From Felis catus (taxonomy: Eukaryota), in contig NC_058369.1 of the NCBI RefSeq assembly GCF_018350175.1, positions 15,316,001 to 15,380,000 on the forward strand: DNA of 64,000 nucleotides, written 5' to 3'. The notes under the pieces were generated by a model, which was not told where the DNA came from, did not search any database, and saw only the letters and a program-made list of their open reading frames with translations. Position numbers and translations under genes: made by a program. Positions 12,426 through 26,401 of the stretch are shown piece by piece. The number at the start of each line of letters is the position of its first letter. Position 1 is the stretch's first letter.

Positions 12426-13021
12426 TCTAGCCAATTCAGAAGTAACAAGTAGAAAATCCATTGTCCCTTTACGTTTGAGTCCTTCTCCTCTGACCAGAGG
12501 GATTTCATGACATAGAATCACATTTGCTTTTCTGCGGTCACATCACACAGCTGGGTCTTGCGGTGCACAGAACTTACGTAAGTGTTCTGTTTGAAGTTGA
12601 ACAGTTTTTAGGGTGGTAGGGAGACCAACGCAGAAGCCTCGTGGTGAAGTTCAGAATAAAACCAAAATGCCGTAAACCTTGACGTCAACATCGTATGGCT
12701 GACCAAAATCAGGAGGTGAAACTGGGGAAGAGAAGTAGAAGCCAGCGTGAGGTGGTCCCTTTATGGTTCATAACAAGGAGGCATAGATCAGGAACTAGAG
12801 CTGTACGTCCGTTTTCTCATAGTTAGAAAGGTAGCTATGAAAGGTCAAGGTAGCAAAGACCCAAGAATGAGAAGAGGGGTTGGGGGTGGGAAGAGGGCTG
12901 AATGACCATGCGGAGTATCTCGTTTCATGGGTCAGTAGAACTGTCTAAAGATAATCTGTCAAAACTGAAGTGTAGTTTTATTAAAGTTACGATGGTAAAC
13001 ACCAGAAGAACTAACTGCGTG

Positions 13022-14275
13022 GAGGCTGCTCAAAGTGGGGGAATATTTTAATACCCATTTAAGATCGTTATGAGTGTTCTTTTTTGATACTCCGCCCAAA
13101 CTCAACAAGCATTGGTTTCTTAGAGGTGAGTTGTGGTGTTAAATCTGAAACATCAGTGAACTTTTGTACTCTTCCATTATGATGCATCCGTCTGTCCTGC
13201 ACGCTGGGTGGATTTTATTTTTTTTACCCACACATACTCCTGTAACATCACACATTGGTCACTTGGAAAACACCGGTAGGTGTAGTGAGTGACGTAGATC
13301 TTCCAAATGTTGACATGTTTCACCCCAGGAATATCATCAGAAGAGTTTTTAAGTGGTAGGAAGCTGTGAAGTTCATGGTGGCCGGATACGAGTTTTCTAA
13401 AATTCTGATTTTCACTTCATAGTTCAGATTTTATCATTGGCAGCAGAAACCATCCGTGGTTTTCCTTGGAGCAACAGGCTTGCTTTGTTTAATTTTGAGA
13501 AAACGTTTGTCAGACTCCTACGTGTCAATAACCATAGTTTATCGTTAGTCATTCTTTCACATGGAAACACAAGCTATTGAAAAAACTGGCTACTCCTTCC
13601 TGTTCACCACTCAGACAGTTGTGGCTGTGCTTTTTCCCCGAGACAACTGTCACTTTGTGTGGCCGCACTTCTTATGCCTGCGTCCCATTGCGTCGCAGAA
13701 AATACCAAGAGGACGTGTGTTCAAGTGTTAAAATGTAAGAATGTGAATACAGGGGGGCACCTGGGTGGCTCAGGCGGTGGGGCGTCCGACCTCGGCTCAG
13801 GTCATGATCTCACAGTTCATGAGTTTGAGCCCCGCGTCGGGCTCTGTGCTGACAGCTCAGCGCCGGGAGCCTGCTTCGGATTCTGCGTCTCCCTCTCTCT
13901 CTGCCGCTCCCCTGCTCATGCTCTGTCTCCATCTCAAAAATAAATAAACATTTAAAAATTAAAAACAAAAAGAATGTGAATACGTTTTATGGCTTTGTCA
14001 AGCACAGTATTAGTGAAACCGACTTTCCCCCCTTTCTGCTGAGTGCACAGTAGGGAAGGATCCAGTGACTGCTGGCAGAGTCTGGTGCCACCACCTTGAT
14101 TCATGCTGAGGGCCGAAGGTCTCAGCCACCATGACGCTTGCACCATTGTTGCAGATGGGAACACAAGGAGAAAGGCAAACAGGGTGTTACTATTGTAACG
14201 AAAAGAGTTTTGATCTGCAGATCCCTGGCAAAGGGCCACGGGGACCCCCAGAGGTCACATTTGGAGAACGATTGT
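13022..14275. mobile_element. Charlie1-like hAT DNA transposon fossil, internally deleted and split by a SINE
   Basis: Internal sequence aaactcaacaag...tttcttagaggtgagttg...gatcttccaaatgttgaca resembles Charlie1. The ends gctgctcaaagtgg and cacatttggagaacgattg resemble Charlie TIRs. Confidence 0.75.
13754..13970 (+). mobile_element. Can-SINE inserted in Charlie1
   Basis: TSD aagaatgtgaatac. Confidence 0.92.
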
Positions 14276-16224
14276 ACAAAGTAAGCAGCCCCTACCCCGG
14301 CTCCCATCTTTAAGTTAAGAATATTAAAATGTTGATTATTTTAAAATACTATGTTGTTGAATAGATTGTAGTTTTTCGGAGAAAGTGTTGAGTCCCCATT
14401 AACATTTGGGATGAATTGACTGAGAATTTTGTGCAACTGGTCCATCCTGATGTTCAACCACTGTGGACTCTCCTGGGTCCATTTGATTTCTTTTAAAGTA
14501 AAGACTTAAGAAAAGTTGTTTAATGTTTATTTATTTTAGAAAGATAGTGTTTTTGTTGCTCGTTGTGGACTGAAAGGCTTTCGGTGTATTGATTTTTTTG
14601 TGTCCACTAAATTGTCATGATCTTAAGAAAAAATCATAAATAGAATACAAAAAACGCACACTTGCTGTATTGTTTGAAGATCAGTGTTAGCCCCAATCCG
14701 AGGTATTATTCCATGGGTCTCCTTTTATTGGAAAGCTATCTTCAAATTGGCTTTAACACCTAAAACATCTTGGTGTCCGTTGGCGTTCCATTCCTAGGGT
14801 TTATTTCAAAATATAAGCTTTTGAAATTAACATCAGAAAGCTAATTGACTTTAGAAAGCCTGCACATAGCATACTCTGTGAAGCGTATTTAGCCAAAAAC
14901 AACCCGCATATTAATACCTTTCCTCTAATGGCATTGTTGTAACTTTTTTTGAAATAGGAAATAGCCTTAACCCTTAAAGACAGTTCTGCTTAGAAGCTGC
15001 ACAAATGAACTTAGATTTAGGGAAAGCGTTTCAGCAGAGCATTACTAAACATAACTGTGGAGTGTTGCAGTCTTTTGTTCTTGACTCACCCCAGCCATCA
15101 AAATGCTCATTTCCTTTGCAAAAGGAATCTCTTCTTGCTCTTGCCAAACAAAAATATTTCCAGCCAAAAATATGAATATAAAGACCTCCGCTTGGCAGAA
15201 TGTGAGTTTCACCTCTCTGGTTTAAAAGAAAAAAAATGTGGTGGATGCAGTTAGCGGGGAGGGTGCTGTATTATGCTTGGGCATTCTGGGGAATTATGGA
15301 GGCCACCTAATGTGTGGGTTTGTCTTTGGCCTCCTCCGTGATTTCGGAGGCGGCTGGTGACAGTGCTGATGGCACCCACCTGCGCTGGGTTTGCTGTGTG
15401 GCCTCGCGTTGGGGGAGCTACTGAGGGAAACACTGTACCAACAGGCGGCCTGTCCCGCTCTGCCCCCTCGTGGCTTTGGAAGGTGGTGACGGTAAATAAC
15501 CGGTAGCCTTAGAAACCGTCCTCTCCGGATTCTGTCCAAGCCCAGGCCCCTCCTGGACGGAATGGAGCGAGATGGATTTTGAGAGTTCAGCCTTTTCATG
15601 CGATCTAGGTGGCGTTCCTTAATTACACATCGTTTTGTCAGGAAAAAAGCTAATGGACCTTAGAAAATCAATACCCTGAAACATCCTTCTGGAGCCTGAA
15701 GCTGCCTGAGAGCACACTCAGGAAAGGTTTTTGGGTAGTGTAAAAGCAGAGCCCGAGGAGAACGAAGCAAGGGAAATGGTGGAGAGTAGCCAAGCGCCCG
15801 AGGAGTGATGTGTGGGTCAGGAGACAAGGGTGCTAATGGAGGATGTGATCTAGAAGGGACTGGCACCCTGTGTGAAGGGTAAGACCCAGGAGGGGCAGAG
15901 GGAAGGAGCATCCTAGTAAAGGGAAGGAGGAGATTAGAAAGCAGGAGGTTTGGAACAGGAGGCACATCGGGGCGGCAGGTGTCACGCAGCTGCCGTGCCA
16001 CAGAGAGGAGAAGTGATACGTGAGAATTGGAGGAGAAATTACCCCAAGAGTCTCCAACGGAGCCCGTGGTTGCCCACACCTCTGAGAACCCACGGGCCAA
16101 GAAGGGGAGGTGGGAGGAGGCAAAAATGATGGGACACCCCCCGTTATTGCAGAGAATCGATCCTTGTGAACATGGCCGATTGATGTTTATGATTGGGTCA
16201 CGGGATGCGTTTTAAAGAGATTGT

Positions 16225-16283
16225 CTTTAAGTTTGTTTATTTTGAGAGAGACAGAGACAGCACAGGTTGGGGAGGAGCAGAGA

Positions 16284-16327
<44 letters not shown>

Positions 16328-16420
16328 CCCAAGCAGGCTCCACACTGCCAACGCAGAGCCCGACGCGGGGCTCAAACTCACGAAACCTCCAGATCATGAC
16401 CTGAGCCACCCAGGTGCCCC
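16225..16420 (-). mobile_element. Can-SINE with (AG)n tract and internal deletion
   Basis: Reverse-complement SINE. Confidence 0.88.
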
Positions 16421-16981
16421 ACGTTGTGCATTTCTACAAGACATTCTGAAAGCTTCCCACAGATCACTCAAACAAACAAACGAGCAAAAAAATAGGAATT
16501 CTGGTATTTAACCCTTGATCAACTGGGGAAATTCTCTGATCTGGGACGGTTCCTTCTGTGACATTGCGAGATAATTTAAGTGAGGGAAGCAGCGAGCAAG
16601 ATCTGTTAGAGTTCAGCATGTTTGCAGATGTGTTAAGGATTTCACGTATCGATTTAATTACTTATTGATTTAAGGTTGATTTCAAAGTACAAGTACAGGC
16701 TGTATTTTACAAATAAGGCCAGTTAACTATAAAGGAACACAGAGTTGACTTTTAGGGCGATAGCAAGCAGAAGGGCCAACCGGAAAAGGGAAGGAAATGA
16801 CGATAGTCAAGGAGGTTGTCCAGAAACAATAGTAATTGTCGCCAGACTGTGCTTGCTTACAAACCCGGATGTCCATCAAGTAAATGTTCAAGATGTGAAA
16901 ATCAGGAATGCCGGGTAAGAGAAGACCCTGGTTTCAAGGGAAGCTGTATGATAGAGACAGTTTATAAGAGTGGAGACCCAA

Positions 16982-17436
16982 GGGGCATCCGGGTGGCTCA
17001 GTCAGCTAAGTGTCTTAACTTCGGCCCAGGTCACGATCTCACGGTTCATGATTCCGAGCCCCGCGTCGGGCTCTGTGCTGACAGCACGGAGCCTGGAGCC
17101 CACTTGGAGTTCTGTGTCTCTCCCTCTCTCTCTCTGCCTGTCCCCCGCCTCTGCTCACACTCTGTCTCTCTCCTTCTCTCAAAAATAAATAAACACTAGG
17201 GCCCCTGGGTGGCTCAGTGGTTGACGCCTCCGACCTCAGCTCAGGCCGTGATCTCGCGGTTTGTGGGTTCGAGCCCCGCATCAGGCTCTGTGCTGACAGC
17301 TCAGAGTCTGGAGCCTGCTTTGGATTTTGTGTCTCCCTTTTTCTCTGTTCCTCCCCTGCTTGCACTCTCTCTCTCAAAAATAAATAAAGATTTTTAAAAA
17401 TTAAAAAAATAATAATAAACATTAAAAAAAAAAAAA
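16982..17436 (+). mobile_element. Two Can-SINEs; the second (17199-~17413) is inserted in the tail of the first
   Basis: Outer TSD aga(g/a)tggagaccc; inner TSD aataaaca(c/t)ta. Confidence 0.88.
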
Positions 17437-17984
17437 GAATGGAGACCCGATAAAAGGGATTTGGGAAGTAGTTCCTGGGGGCTTCACAAGGCTGCACGTT
17501 CTGTGCATCCAGGACCCCGGCGGCCCTGCATGTGGCCCACCCCTGGGTCGACCACCTGTGGAAAGGCCGAGCCTGAGCCCTGCAGGTCTGTGGGTGGGCT
17601 GGCTTGTGGTCCTGGGAAGAAATGCGAATGGGTTCTCCCAGCTGATGCCTCTTCGATTTCAGATCTTATTTCCTTTGGTGCTTCTGCTCTCCCCCCAAGA
17701 CTTTCACTGGGGGGAAAATTGGTTTTGCGTTTTGCCTGTATTTGTCTTTCATTCAACACCGGGGTTTTACGATAATGCGTAAGCCTCTTAGGAGCACATC
17801 TCCCTCGTTGCATTTTGTAACCTAGAGCCTGAGAGATGCCAGGCCATGTGGGAAATGTTGATAAGAAAATAAAGTCCTGTTTGTTTTTGCAGTCTGTGGT
17901 ACTGTTTGCTTCTCCTGTCTCCTTGGAGGTTTGCTGGGGGCCGGAGGCAGAAGTGCTGCATGAAGGGCTTTTTTTCTTCTTTCT

Positions 17985-18211
17985 ATTTTTTAAGTAAAAA
18001 AAAAAAAATTAAGTTTATTTATTTTGAGAGAGAGAGAGAGTGAGAGGGAGCAGGGGAGGGGCAGAGAGAGAGGGAGAGAGAGAATACCCAGCAGGCTCTG
18101 CACTGTCAGCACAGAGCCCGATGCGGGGCTTGAACTCATGAACCATGAGATCATGACCTGAACAGAAACCTAGAGTCAGATGCTTAACTGACTGAGCCAC
18201 CCAGGTGCCCC
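17985..18211 (-). mobile_element. Can-SINE
   Basis: TSD-like gggctttttt. Confidence 0.9.
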
Positions 18212-18574
18212 GGGCTTTTTTCCTTTGTTCTCTATACAGTTTTAGCTGTGCCTCTTTTGCGGGTTGGGGGCGGTTCATGAAAGACTTGTCTATGTTCCTA
18301 AACAATACTTGGTCTTTTCCTTCCTTACTTTATCAGCCTAAAGTTTTTAGGTCTAAGGCACTTTTGCCCTCTATTTTGTCTTTCTATATTTATGGATTCA
18401 AGATTTTTCCGGACCCTGAAATGAGAGGGACAAATCATTCCGTACAGATCTTTCCCATCCCGCCTCCACGCTTTGCAGGCTTATTAAGCTTTTCAACTGG
18501 ACGCCCTACGTTTCAGTTGTCAAAGCACAGCCCACAGATGGGTCAGTCTGTCCTCCACTCCTAATTTTTAGACA

Positions 18575-18980
18575 TATCTCTGGATCAGTCACGGTCGTGG
18601 TGGGAAATAGGGAATACACCGGAAAGCAGTTATTGAAGAAGATGTAATAAAAAGACTGTTTTTGTGTAGAGTTTAGGGAAACCAGCAAGGGGTGATCAAA
18701 CACCTGACATTGGCACCAGAGGGAAGCCTTTGCCACCCCAGGCTGACGGGGCCGATACTAGGACTGGAAGAACAGTAGCAGAGGCCTCTGTGATAGAGGG
18801 TGTGGCCTTTGGTACCGGGAGAGGAGGCCTGACTGCGAAGTCGCCCGGGGGCACCTCCCACTGGTTGAGCACAGCTGGAGGGCAAGGGTCCAAGTTAATG
18901 CCGCCGCAGAGGTCAACTTTCTGGGGTGCAGACCACGGCGGAAAGAGGATTTGGGGGGGGGAAACGGACAATGCTCAGCA
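18575..18980. mobile_element. LTR33-like ERVL solo LTR
   Basis: cagtcacggtc...taataaaaagactgttt ... gggaagcctttgccacccc ... agggcaagggtcc...gaggtcaac...aaacggacaatgctcagca. Confidence 0.55.
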
Positions 18981-19033
18981 TCATCTCGTCTTAGAATTGC
19001 TTAGTAAAATTTTATTTCTTTCAGAAATTTTTG

Positions 19034-19204
19034 AGGGCCCCTCCCACGGGTGGCCCAGTCGGTTAAGCAGCCGACTTTGGCTCAGGTCATGATCTCACGG
19101 TTCCTGAGTTCGAGCCCTGCATCCAGCTCTGTGCTGACAGCTCAGAGCCTGGAGTCTGCTTTGGATTCTGTGTCTCCTTCTCTCTCTGCCCCTCCCCCAC
19201 TCAT

Positions 19205-19251
<47 letters not shown>

Positions 19252-19285
19252 GATAAGTAAACATTAAAAAAATTAAAAATAAAAA
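19034..19285 (+). mobile_element. Can-SINE with long (CT)n
   Basis: Head, (CT)n at ~19210-19248, A tail. Confidence 0.9.
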
Positions 19286-19519
19286 GTTTTTTGAAAACAA
19301 TGTGTCTCAAGTCAGGGTATTTCAGTGCCCAGACACATCTCCCCGTATTCATTGCCTTCTTTGTATTACGGTTTACCTTAATGTCATAAAGGAGTGAACT
19401 TTGACGGCAGAGGGATTTATTGTAAATGACGATAGGAACTAATTAGAAGTCTGGAGAGAAGCCTCATAGTGGCTAAGACTGCAGGTTCAGAGTGAGCCAG
19501 ACATGTGTATGGGCATAGA

Positions 19520-19705
19520 TCTTGGAATATTGTTACCTTTCGGGGGCAGATACTGACTTGGGAGAAGGCACCACGGAATTTTCTGGGATGCTGGGAATGT
19601 TCTTTATCTTGATAATGAGTGGTGGTAACAACTTGTTGAGTTGTACACTTCAGATTTGTCCACACTGCTCTCTGTATGTTCTACTTGAACGTAAACAGGA
19701 GTTTT
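19520..19705 (+). mobile_element. Old L1M (MC/ME-type) 3' end fragment
   Basis: ttttctgggatgctgggaatgttctttatcttgat...gtggtggtaaca...acacttcagatttgt. Confidence 0.5.
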
Positions 19706-19737
19706 TAAAAGTTGCAAAAAAGTTTTACAGTTTTGAG

Positions 19738-19880
19738 AGACCTGAGTTCCTGCCCTTTCTCTGTCACTGACTGCGTGACCTCAGGCACGTTATTTAATCT
19801 CTCTGTTCCTCAATTTCCTCCTCTGCAATCTGGGGGGGAATAATATTCTTACCTTCACTGGCTGGTCTATGAACTCACAA
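19738..19880 (+). mobile_element. MIR
   Basis: MIR core ctgcgtgacctcaggcacgttatttaatctctctgttcctcaatttcctcctctgcaat. Confidence 0.65.
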
Positions 19881-20319
19881 GTGTAGATAGTGTGCTGCAT
19901 GAGGGGCAGGTTTTTTACTAACACCACAAAGGTCTCTCGCCCAGTGAGTGGCATTTGATAGTAATTCTTGCTGCAAGTAAAAATAATAAAGATAATATTC
20001 TTACCCCCAAATGTGGTTGTGCAGGATTGGAAGAGCCAACCTTACTTTGGCCCTTAAGCACAGCATCTAGCATACGGCAATCAGTCAGCAAATGTTAGCT
20101 ATTTCTATTCAAATAAATATATTTGTTTCCCCTAAGACAACCTGATTCTGCGAAGTTCCAGGTACCATGTTTTTTTCTTTTCCTGTGTTTATTAAAATTT
20201 CCAATCACATAGGTTCATCTTTTGGCACAAGAAGATACCAAACTTGATTAGACAGATGCTCACAGGCTTCCTCCCAAACCTGTTTGTTTTTTTTTTTTTT
20301 TTAAAAAGATATATTTTGG

Positions 20320-20535
20320 GGGGCACCCGGGTGGCTCAGTCGGTTAAGCGTCTGACTTTGGCTGAGGTCATGATCTCATGGTTCGTGGGTTCGAGCCCCA
20401 CATTAGGTCCTGTGCTGACAGCTCCGAGCCTGGAGTCTGCTTCGGATTCTGTGTCTCCCTCTCTCTCTGCCCCTCCCCCACTCACAGTCTCTTTCTCTCT
20501 CAAGAATAAACATTAAAAAATAATAAAATGATAAA
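20320..20535 (+). mobile_element. Can-SINE at the L1 poly(A) end
   Basis: Head, CT tract, A tail. Confidence 0.9.
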
Positions 20536-22161
20536 AAGGATACTGGTTTTAAATTTCAATTTTAGTTAACATACAGTGCAGTAATGGTTTCAGGAGTAGA
20601 ATTTAGTGATTCATCACTTACATACAACACCCAGTGCCCATCACAAGTACCCTCCTTAATACCCATCACCCATCTAGCCCGTCTCCCACCCACCTTCCTC
20701 CATCAACCCTCAGTTTGTTCTCTGTTGTTAAGAGTCTCTTGTGGTTTGTTAACCTCTTTCCTCTTCCTTTTCCCTTCCCATATATTCATCTGTTTTGTTT
20801 CTTAAATTCTGCACGAGTGAAGTCATACCGTATTTGTATTTCTGTGACTGACTTATTTCACTTAGCGTAATACATTCTAGCTTCATCTGCATCATTGCAG
20901 GTGGCAGAATTTCATTCTTTTTTGATAGCTGGATAATATTCCATTATATACCACATCTTCTTGATCCATTCATCAGTTGATGGACATTTGGGCTCTCTCC
21001 ATAGTTTGGCTATTGTTGACAATGCTGCTATAAATATTGGGGTGCATGTACCCTTTTGTATCTGTATTTTTGTATCCTTTGGGTAAACACCTAATAGTGC
21101 AACTGCTGGGTCATAGGGTAGTTCTATTTTCAATTTCTTGAGGAACCTCCATACTGTTCCCCAGAGTGGCTGCACCAGTTTGCATTCCCACCAATAGTGC
21201 AGGAAGGTTCCCTTTTCTCCTCATCCTCACCAACACCTGTTGTTTCTTGTGTTGTTAATTTTGGCTATTCTGATCAATGTGAGGTGGCATCTCACTGTGG
21301 TTTCGATTTGTAGTTCCCTGATGGTGAGTGATGTTGAGCATCTTTTCATGTGTCTGTTGGCCATCTGGATGTCTTCTTTGGCAAAGTGTCTATTCATGTC
21401 TTCTGCCCCCTTCTTAAACTGGGTTATTTGTTTTTTGCGTGTTGAGTTTGATAAGTTCTTCATAGATTTTGGATACTCACCCTGTGTCATGCTGTTCGCA
21501 AATATCTTCTCCCCTCCCGTAGGCTGCCTTTTAGTTCTGTTGATTGTTTCCTTTGCTGTGCAGAAGTTTTTTATCTTAATGAAGTCCCAATAGTTCATGT
21601 TTGCTTTTGTTTCCATTGCCTTCAGCAACGTGTCTAGTAAGAAGTTGCTGTGGCTGAGGTCAAAGAGGTTTTTGCCTGCTTTTTCCTCTAGGATTTTGAT
21701 GGTTTCCTGTCTCACATTTAAGTCTGTCATCCATTTTGAGTTTATTTTTGTGTATGGTATAAGAAAGTGGCCCAGTTTCATTCTTCTGTATGTCGCTGTC
21801 CAGTTTTTCCAACACCATTTGTTGAAGAGACTGTCTTTTTTTCCATTGGATAGTCTTTCCTGCTTTGTCAGAGATTAGTTGGCCATATAGTTGTGGGTCC
21901 GTTTCTGGGTTTTCTCTTCTGTCCCATTGATCTATGTGTCTGTTTTTACGCCAGTACCATACTGTCTTTATGACTGCAACTTTGTAATATAGCTTGGAAT
22001 CCGGAATCATGATGCCTCCAGTTTTGTTTTTCTTGTTCAGGATTGCTTTGGCTATTCAGGGTCTTTTGTGCTTCCATACAAATTTTAGGATTGTTTGTTC
22101 TAGCTCTGTGAAAAAGTCTGGTGGTGTTTTGATAGGGATTGCATTAAATACGTAGATTGCT

Positions 22162-22390
22162 GGGGCGCCTGGGTGGCGCAGTTGGTTAAGCGTCCGACTT
22201 CAGCCAGGTCACGATCTCGCGGTCCGTGAGTTCGAGCCCCGCGTCGGGCTCTGGGCTGATGGCTCAGAGCCTGGAGCCTGTTTCCGATTCTGTGTCTCCC
22301 TCTCTCTCTGCCCCTCCCCCGTTCATGCTCTGTCTCTCTCTGTTCCAAAAATAAATAAAAAAACGTTGAAAAAAAATATTAAAAAAAATA
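22162..22390 (+). mobile_element. Young feline-type Can-SINE inserted in L1 ORF2
   Basis: TSD aaatac(g/a)tagattgct; diagnostic cagccaggtcacgatctcgcggtccgtgag. Confidence 0.93.
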
Positions 22391-23039
22391 CATAGATTGC
22401 TTTGGGCGATAATAATTTTGACAATGCTTGTTCTTCTAATCCATGAGCATGGAATGCTTTTCCATTTCTTTGTATCCTCTTTAATTTCTTGCATAAGGGT
22501 TCTATAGTTTTCAGAGTACATATCTTTTACTTCTTCGGTTAGGTTTATTCCTAGGTATCTTACCGTTTTTGGTGCAATTGCAAATGGGATTGATTCCTTG
22601 ATTTCTGTTTCTGCTGCTTCGTTATTGGTATATAGAAATGCAACCGATTTCTGCACATTGATTTTATATCCTGCAACTTTGCTGAATTCGTGTATTAGTT
22701 CTAGCAGTGTTTTGGTGGAGTCCTCTGGGTTTTCTACACAGAGTATCATGTTGTCTGCAAACAGTGAGAGTTTGACTTCTTCTTTTCCGATTTGGATGCC
22801 TTTTATTTCTTTTTGTTGTCTGATTGCTGAGGTTAAGATTTTCAGTACTATGTTAAATAGTAATGGTGACAGTGGACATCCCTGGTCCCGGTCCTAACTG
22901 TAGGGGAAAGGCTCTCTCAGTTTTTCCCCATTGAGGATGATATTAGCTATGGGTCTTTCTTATATGGCCATTATCATGTTGAGGTGTGTTCCATCTATCC
23001 CTATTTTGTTGAGGTTTTAATCGAGAATGGATGTTGTAT

Positions 23040-23266
23040 GGGGCACCTGGGTGGCTCAGTTGGTTAAGCATCTGACTTTGGCTCAGGTTATGATCTCATA
23101 GTTCGTGGGTTCAAGCCCCACGTCGGACTCTGTGCTGACAGCTCAGAGCCTAGAGCCCACTTTGGATTCTGTGTCTCCCAATCTCTCTGCCCCACCCTCC
23201 CACTCATGCTCTATCTCTGTCTCTCAAAAATAAGTAAACATTAAAAAAATAAAAAAAAAAAAAGAA
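23040..23266 (+). mobile_element. Can-SINE inserted in L1 ORF2
   Basis: TSD agaatggatg(t/c)tgtat. Confidence 0.92.
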
Positions 23267-24503
23267 AGAATGGATGCTGTATTTTGTCAAATGCTCTTTC
23301 TGCATCTATTGACGGGATCGTATGGTTCTTGTCTTTTGTTTTATTAATGTGGTGTATCATGTTGATTGATTTGTGAATATTGAATAAGCCCTACAGCCCA
23401 GGAATAAATCCCACTTGATCATGGTGAATAATTCCTTTAATGTACTGTTGAATTCGATTTGCTAGTATTTTATTGAGAATTTTTACAACCATATTCCTCA
23501 GGGATATTGACCTGTAATTCTCCTTTTTTGTGGGGTCTTTGGTTTTGGAATCGAGGCTTTGTAGAATGAGTTTGGTAGTTTTCCTTCTATTTGAGAAAAA
23601 TAGGTATTAACTCTTCTTTAAATGTCTGGTAGAATTCCCCTGGGAAGCCATCTGGCCCAGGTCTCTTGTTTGTTGGGAGATTTGTGATTACTGATTCAGT
23701 TTCCTTGATGGTTATGGGTCTGTTCAAATTTTTTATTTCTTCCTGTTTCAGTTATGGTAGTTTGTGACTTTCTAGTAATTTGTCTATTTCTTCTAGATTG
23801 CCCAGTTTGTTGGCATATAATTTTTCATAGTATTCTCTTATAGTTGTTTGTATTTCTGTGGTGTTGGTTGTGATGTCTCCTCTTTCATTCATGATTTTAT
23901 CTATTTGGGTCCTTTCTCTTTTCGAGAAGTCTGACTAGAGGTTCATCAGTTTGTTAATTCAAAGAACCAGCTCTTAGTTTCATTGATCTGTTCTGTTTTT
24001 TGTTGTTGTTGTTTCAGTATCATTTGTTTCTGCTCTAATCTTTATTATTTCCCTTCTTCTGCTGGCTTTAGGCTTTATTTGCTTTATTTGTTCCTTTTCT
24101 AGCTCCTTTAGGTATAAGGTTAGGTTATTTGGGACCTTTATTTCTTCTTGAGATGTACCTGAGTTGCGATATACTTCCCTCTTAGGACTGCCTTTGCTGC
24201 ATCCCAAAGGGTTTGGACTGTCGTGTTTTCATTTTCATTTGCTTCCATGTATTTTTTTATTTCTTCTTTAATTTCTTGGTTAACCCATTTATTCTTTAGT
24301 AGGATGTTCTTTAACTTCCATGTATTTGAGAACTTTTCAAATTTTTTCTTGTGGTTGACTTCAAGTTTCATAGCAATATGATCTGAAAACATGCATGGTA
24401 TAATCTTGATCTTTTTTGTACCTGTTGAGGGTTAATTTGTGACCCAGTATGTGGTCTATTCTGGAGAATGTTCCATGTGTGCTCAAAAAGAATGTGTTTT
24501 CAC

Positions 24504-24700
24504 GGGGTGCCTGGGTGGCTCAGTCAGTTGAGTGCCCAACTCTTGATTTTGGCTCAGGTCATGATCTTACCGTCTATGGGATCGAGCCCTGCATTGAGCT
24601 CTGTGGCTGACAGTGCGGAGCCTGCTTGGGATTCTCTTCCTCTCTCTCTTTCTGCCCCTCCCCCCTCAAAATAAATAAATAAATAAGCATTTAGAAAAAA
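24504..24700 (+). mobile_element. Can-SINE inserted in L1 ORF2
   Basis: TSD aaaaagaatgt. Confidence 0.9.
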
Positions 24701-24877
24701 AGAATGTTTATTCTGCTGCTTCAGGATGAAATGTTCTGAATATATCTAAGTCCATTTGGTTCAGTGTGTCATTCAAAGCCATTGTTTCCTTATTGATTTT
24801 CCACTTAGATGATCTGTCCGTGCTGTAAGTGGGATGTTAAATCCCTCTGCTATTATTATCAATTCTTTATGTTTGTT

Positions 24878-24998
24878 ATTTTTTTTAATGTTTATTTTTG
24901 AGAGAGCGAGAGAGAGCAGGGGAGGGGCAGAGAGAGAGAGGGAAACAGAGGATGTAAGCAGGCTCTGTGCTGTCAGCGCAGAGCCCGATGTGGGGCTC
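24878..24998 (-). mobile_element. Can-SINE 3' part only (head missing)
   Basis: T-tail, AG tract, ...gagcccgatgtggggctc, then unique sequence. Confidence 0.8.
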
Positions 24999-25804
24999 TG
25001 TGCCTCTGAGAGAGGCTCTCACCACGCTTTTGCCAGCTTGTGTGAGGAAAGCGGCCGCAGGACCGCGCAGCAGTTCAGTTTACGTCAAAACAGCAGAAAG
25101 CCAGAACCCCTGCTCACTACCCTAAACAGCCTCAGTTCCCCACTCCTGTGCCTAGAAGCAGCATGGCATGTTGGTGCCACCCATCCCTCTTGTGACCAGG
25201 GGACCCTCAGACCTTGCTGTCACTCCTAGCATTCCTCCCGCTTTGCCACCCGAGCGCCTTTAAGCCAGGCACTTCCCCCACTGTAACGGACTTCTGAAAG
25301 TTAGAATTTTGTGTTCTGCTGCTTAAAATACTTTGCAGTAGCCTCCGTAACCAGGCTTCCTCCCTGCTGCCACACTTGTAGCTTTGTCTCCCCCAGATCA
25401 ACTCTCCATAACGCCGTACCTTCCACAAGGTGGTCGCTTTTTTACCTGCAGACTGGCAGTTTTTGTTCTCTCAGACCTCTGATTGACTCTCGGGTGGTCA
25501 GAACGATTCGCTAACCATCTAGCTGCCTCCGAGGGACGAGACACGCTTAGGCTCTCCCTGCTCTTCTGCCGTCTCAACTCCCAGGCTCCGGAGCCTGTTC
25601 CAAGATGAAAGCATAGAGGTGCTCTTCCTTGTTACAGGTTGCTAGGGGTTTCCTTGCCGAGCAGTACTCCAAGGAGATGCCCTCAAGCCTCAGAGCAGAG
25701 ATACAGAGATTCCGCACTTACGGATCTTCTCACATGTAAGAAGCTGAAAATGACCCTCTTCAGGATGCTCACCAGATTTTCCCATTTTGTTTTATGGGTT
25801 ATAA

Positions 25805-26401
<597 letters not shown>

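Larger units (their letters stand above)
20283..24870 (-). mobile_element. 5'-truncated, decayed carnivore-type LINE-1 (3'UTR plus ORF2 from the C-terminus back to the endonuclease region), antisense to LARS2, interrupted by SINEs
   Basis: Minus-strand ORF fragments with L1 ORF2p motifs ([54 protein letters not shown]...[15 protein letters not shown]), broken by stops and frameshifts. A 3'UTR-like segment lies at 20555-20880. Confidence 0.95.

Noticed and set aside
20912..24392. Active L1 / intact reverse transcriptase
   Set aside because: ORF2 is fragmented by stops, frameshifts and SINE insertions, and there is no ORF1 or 5'UTR.
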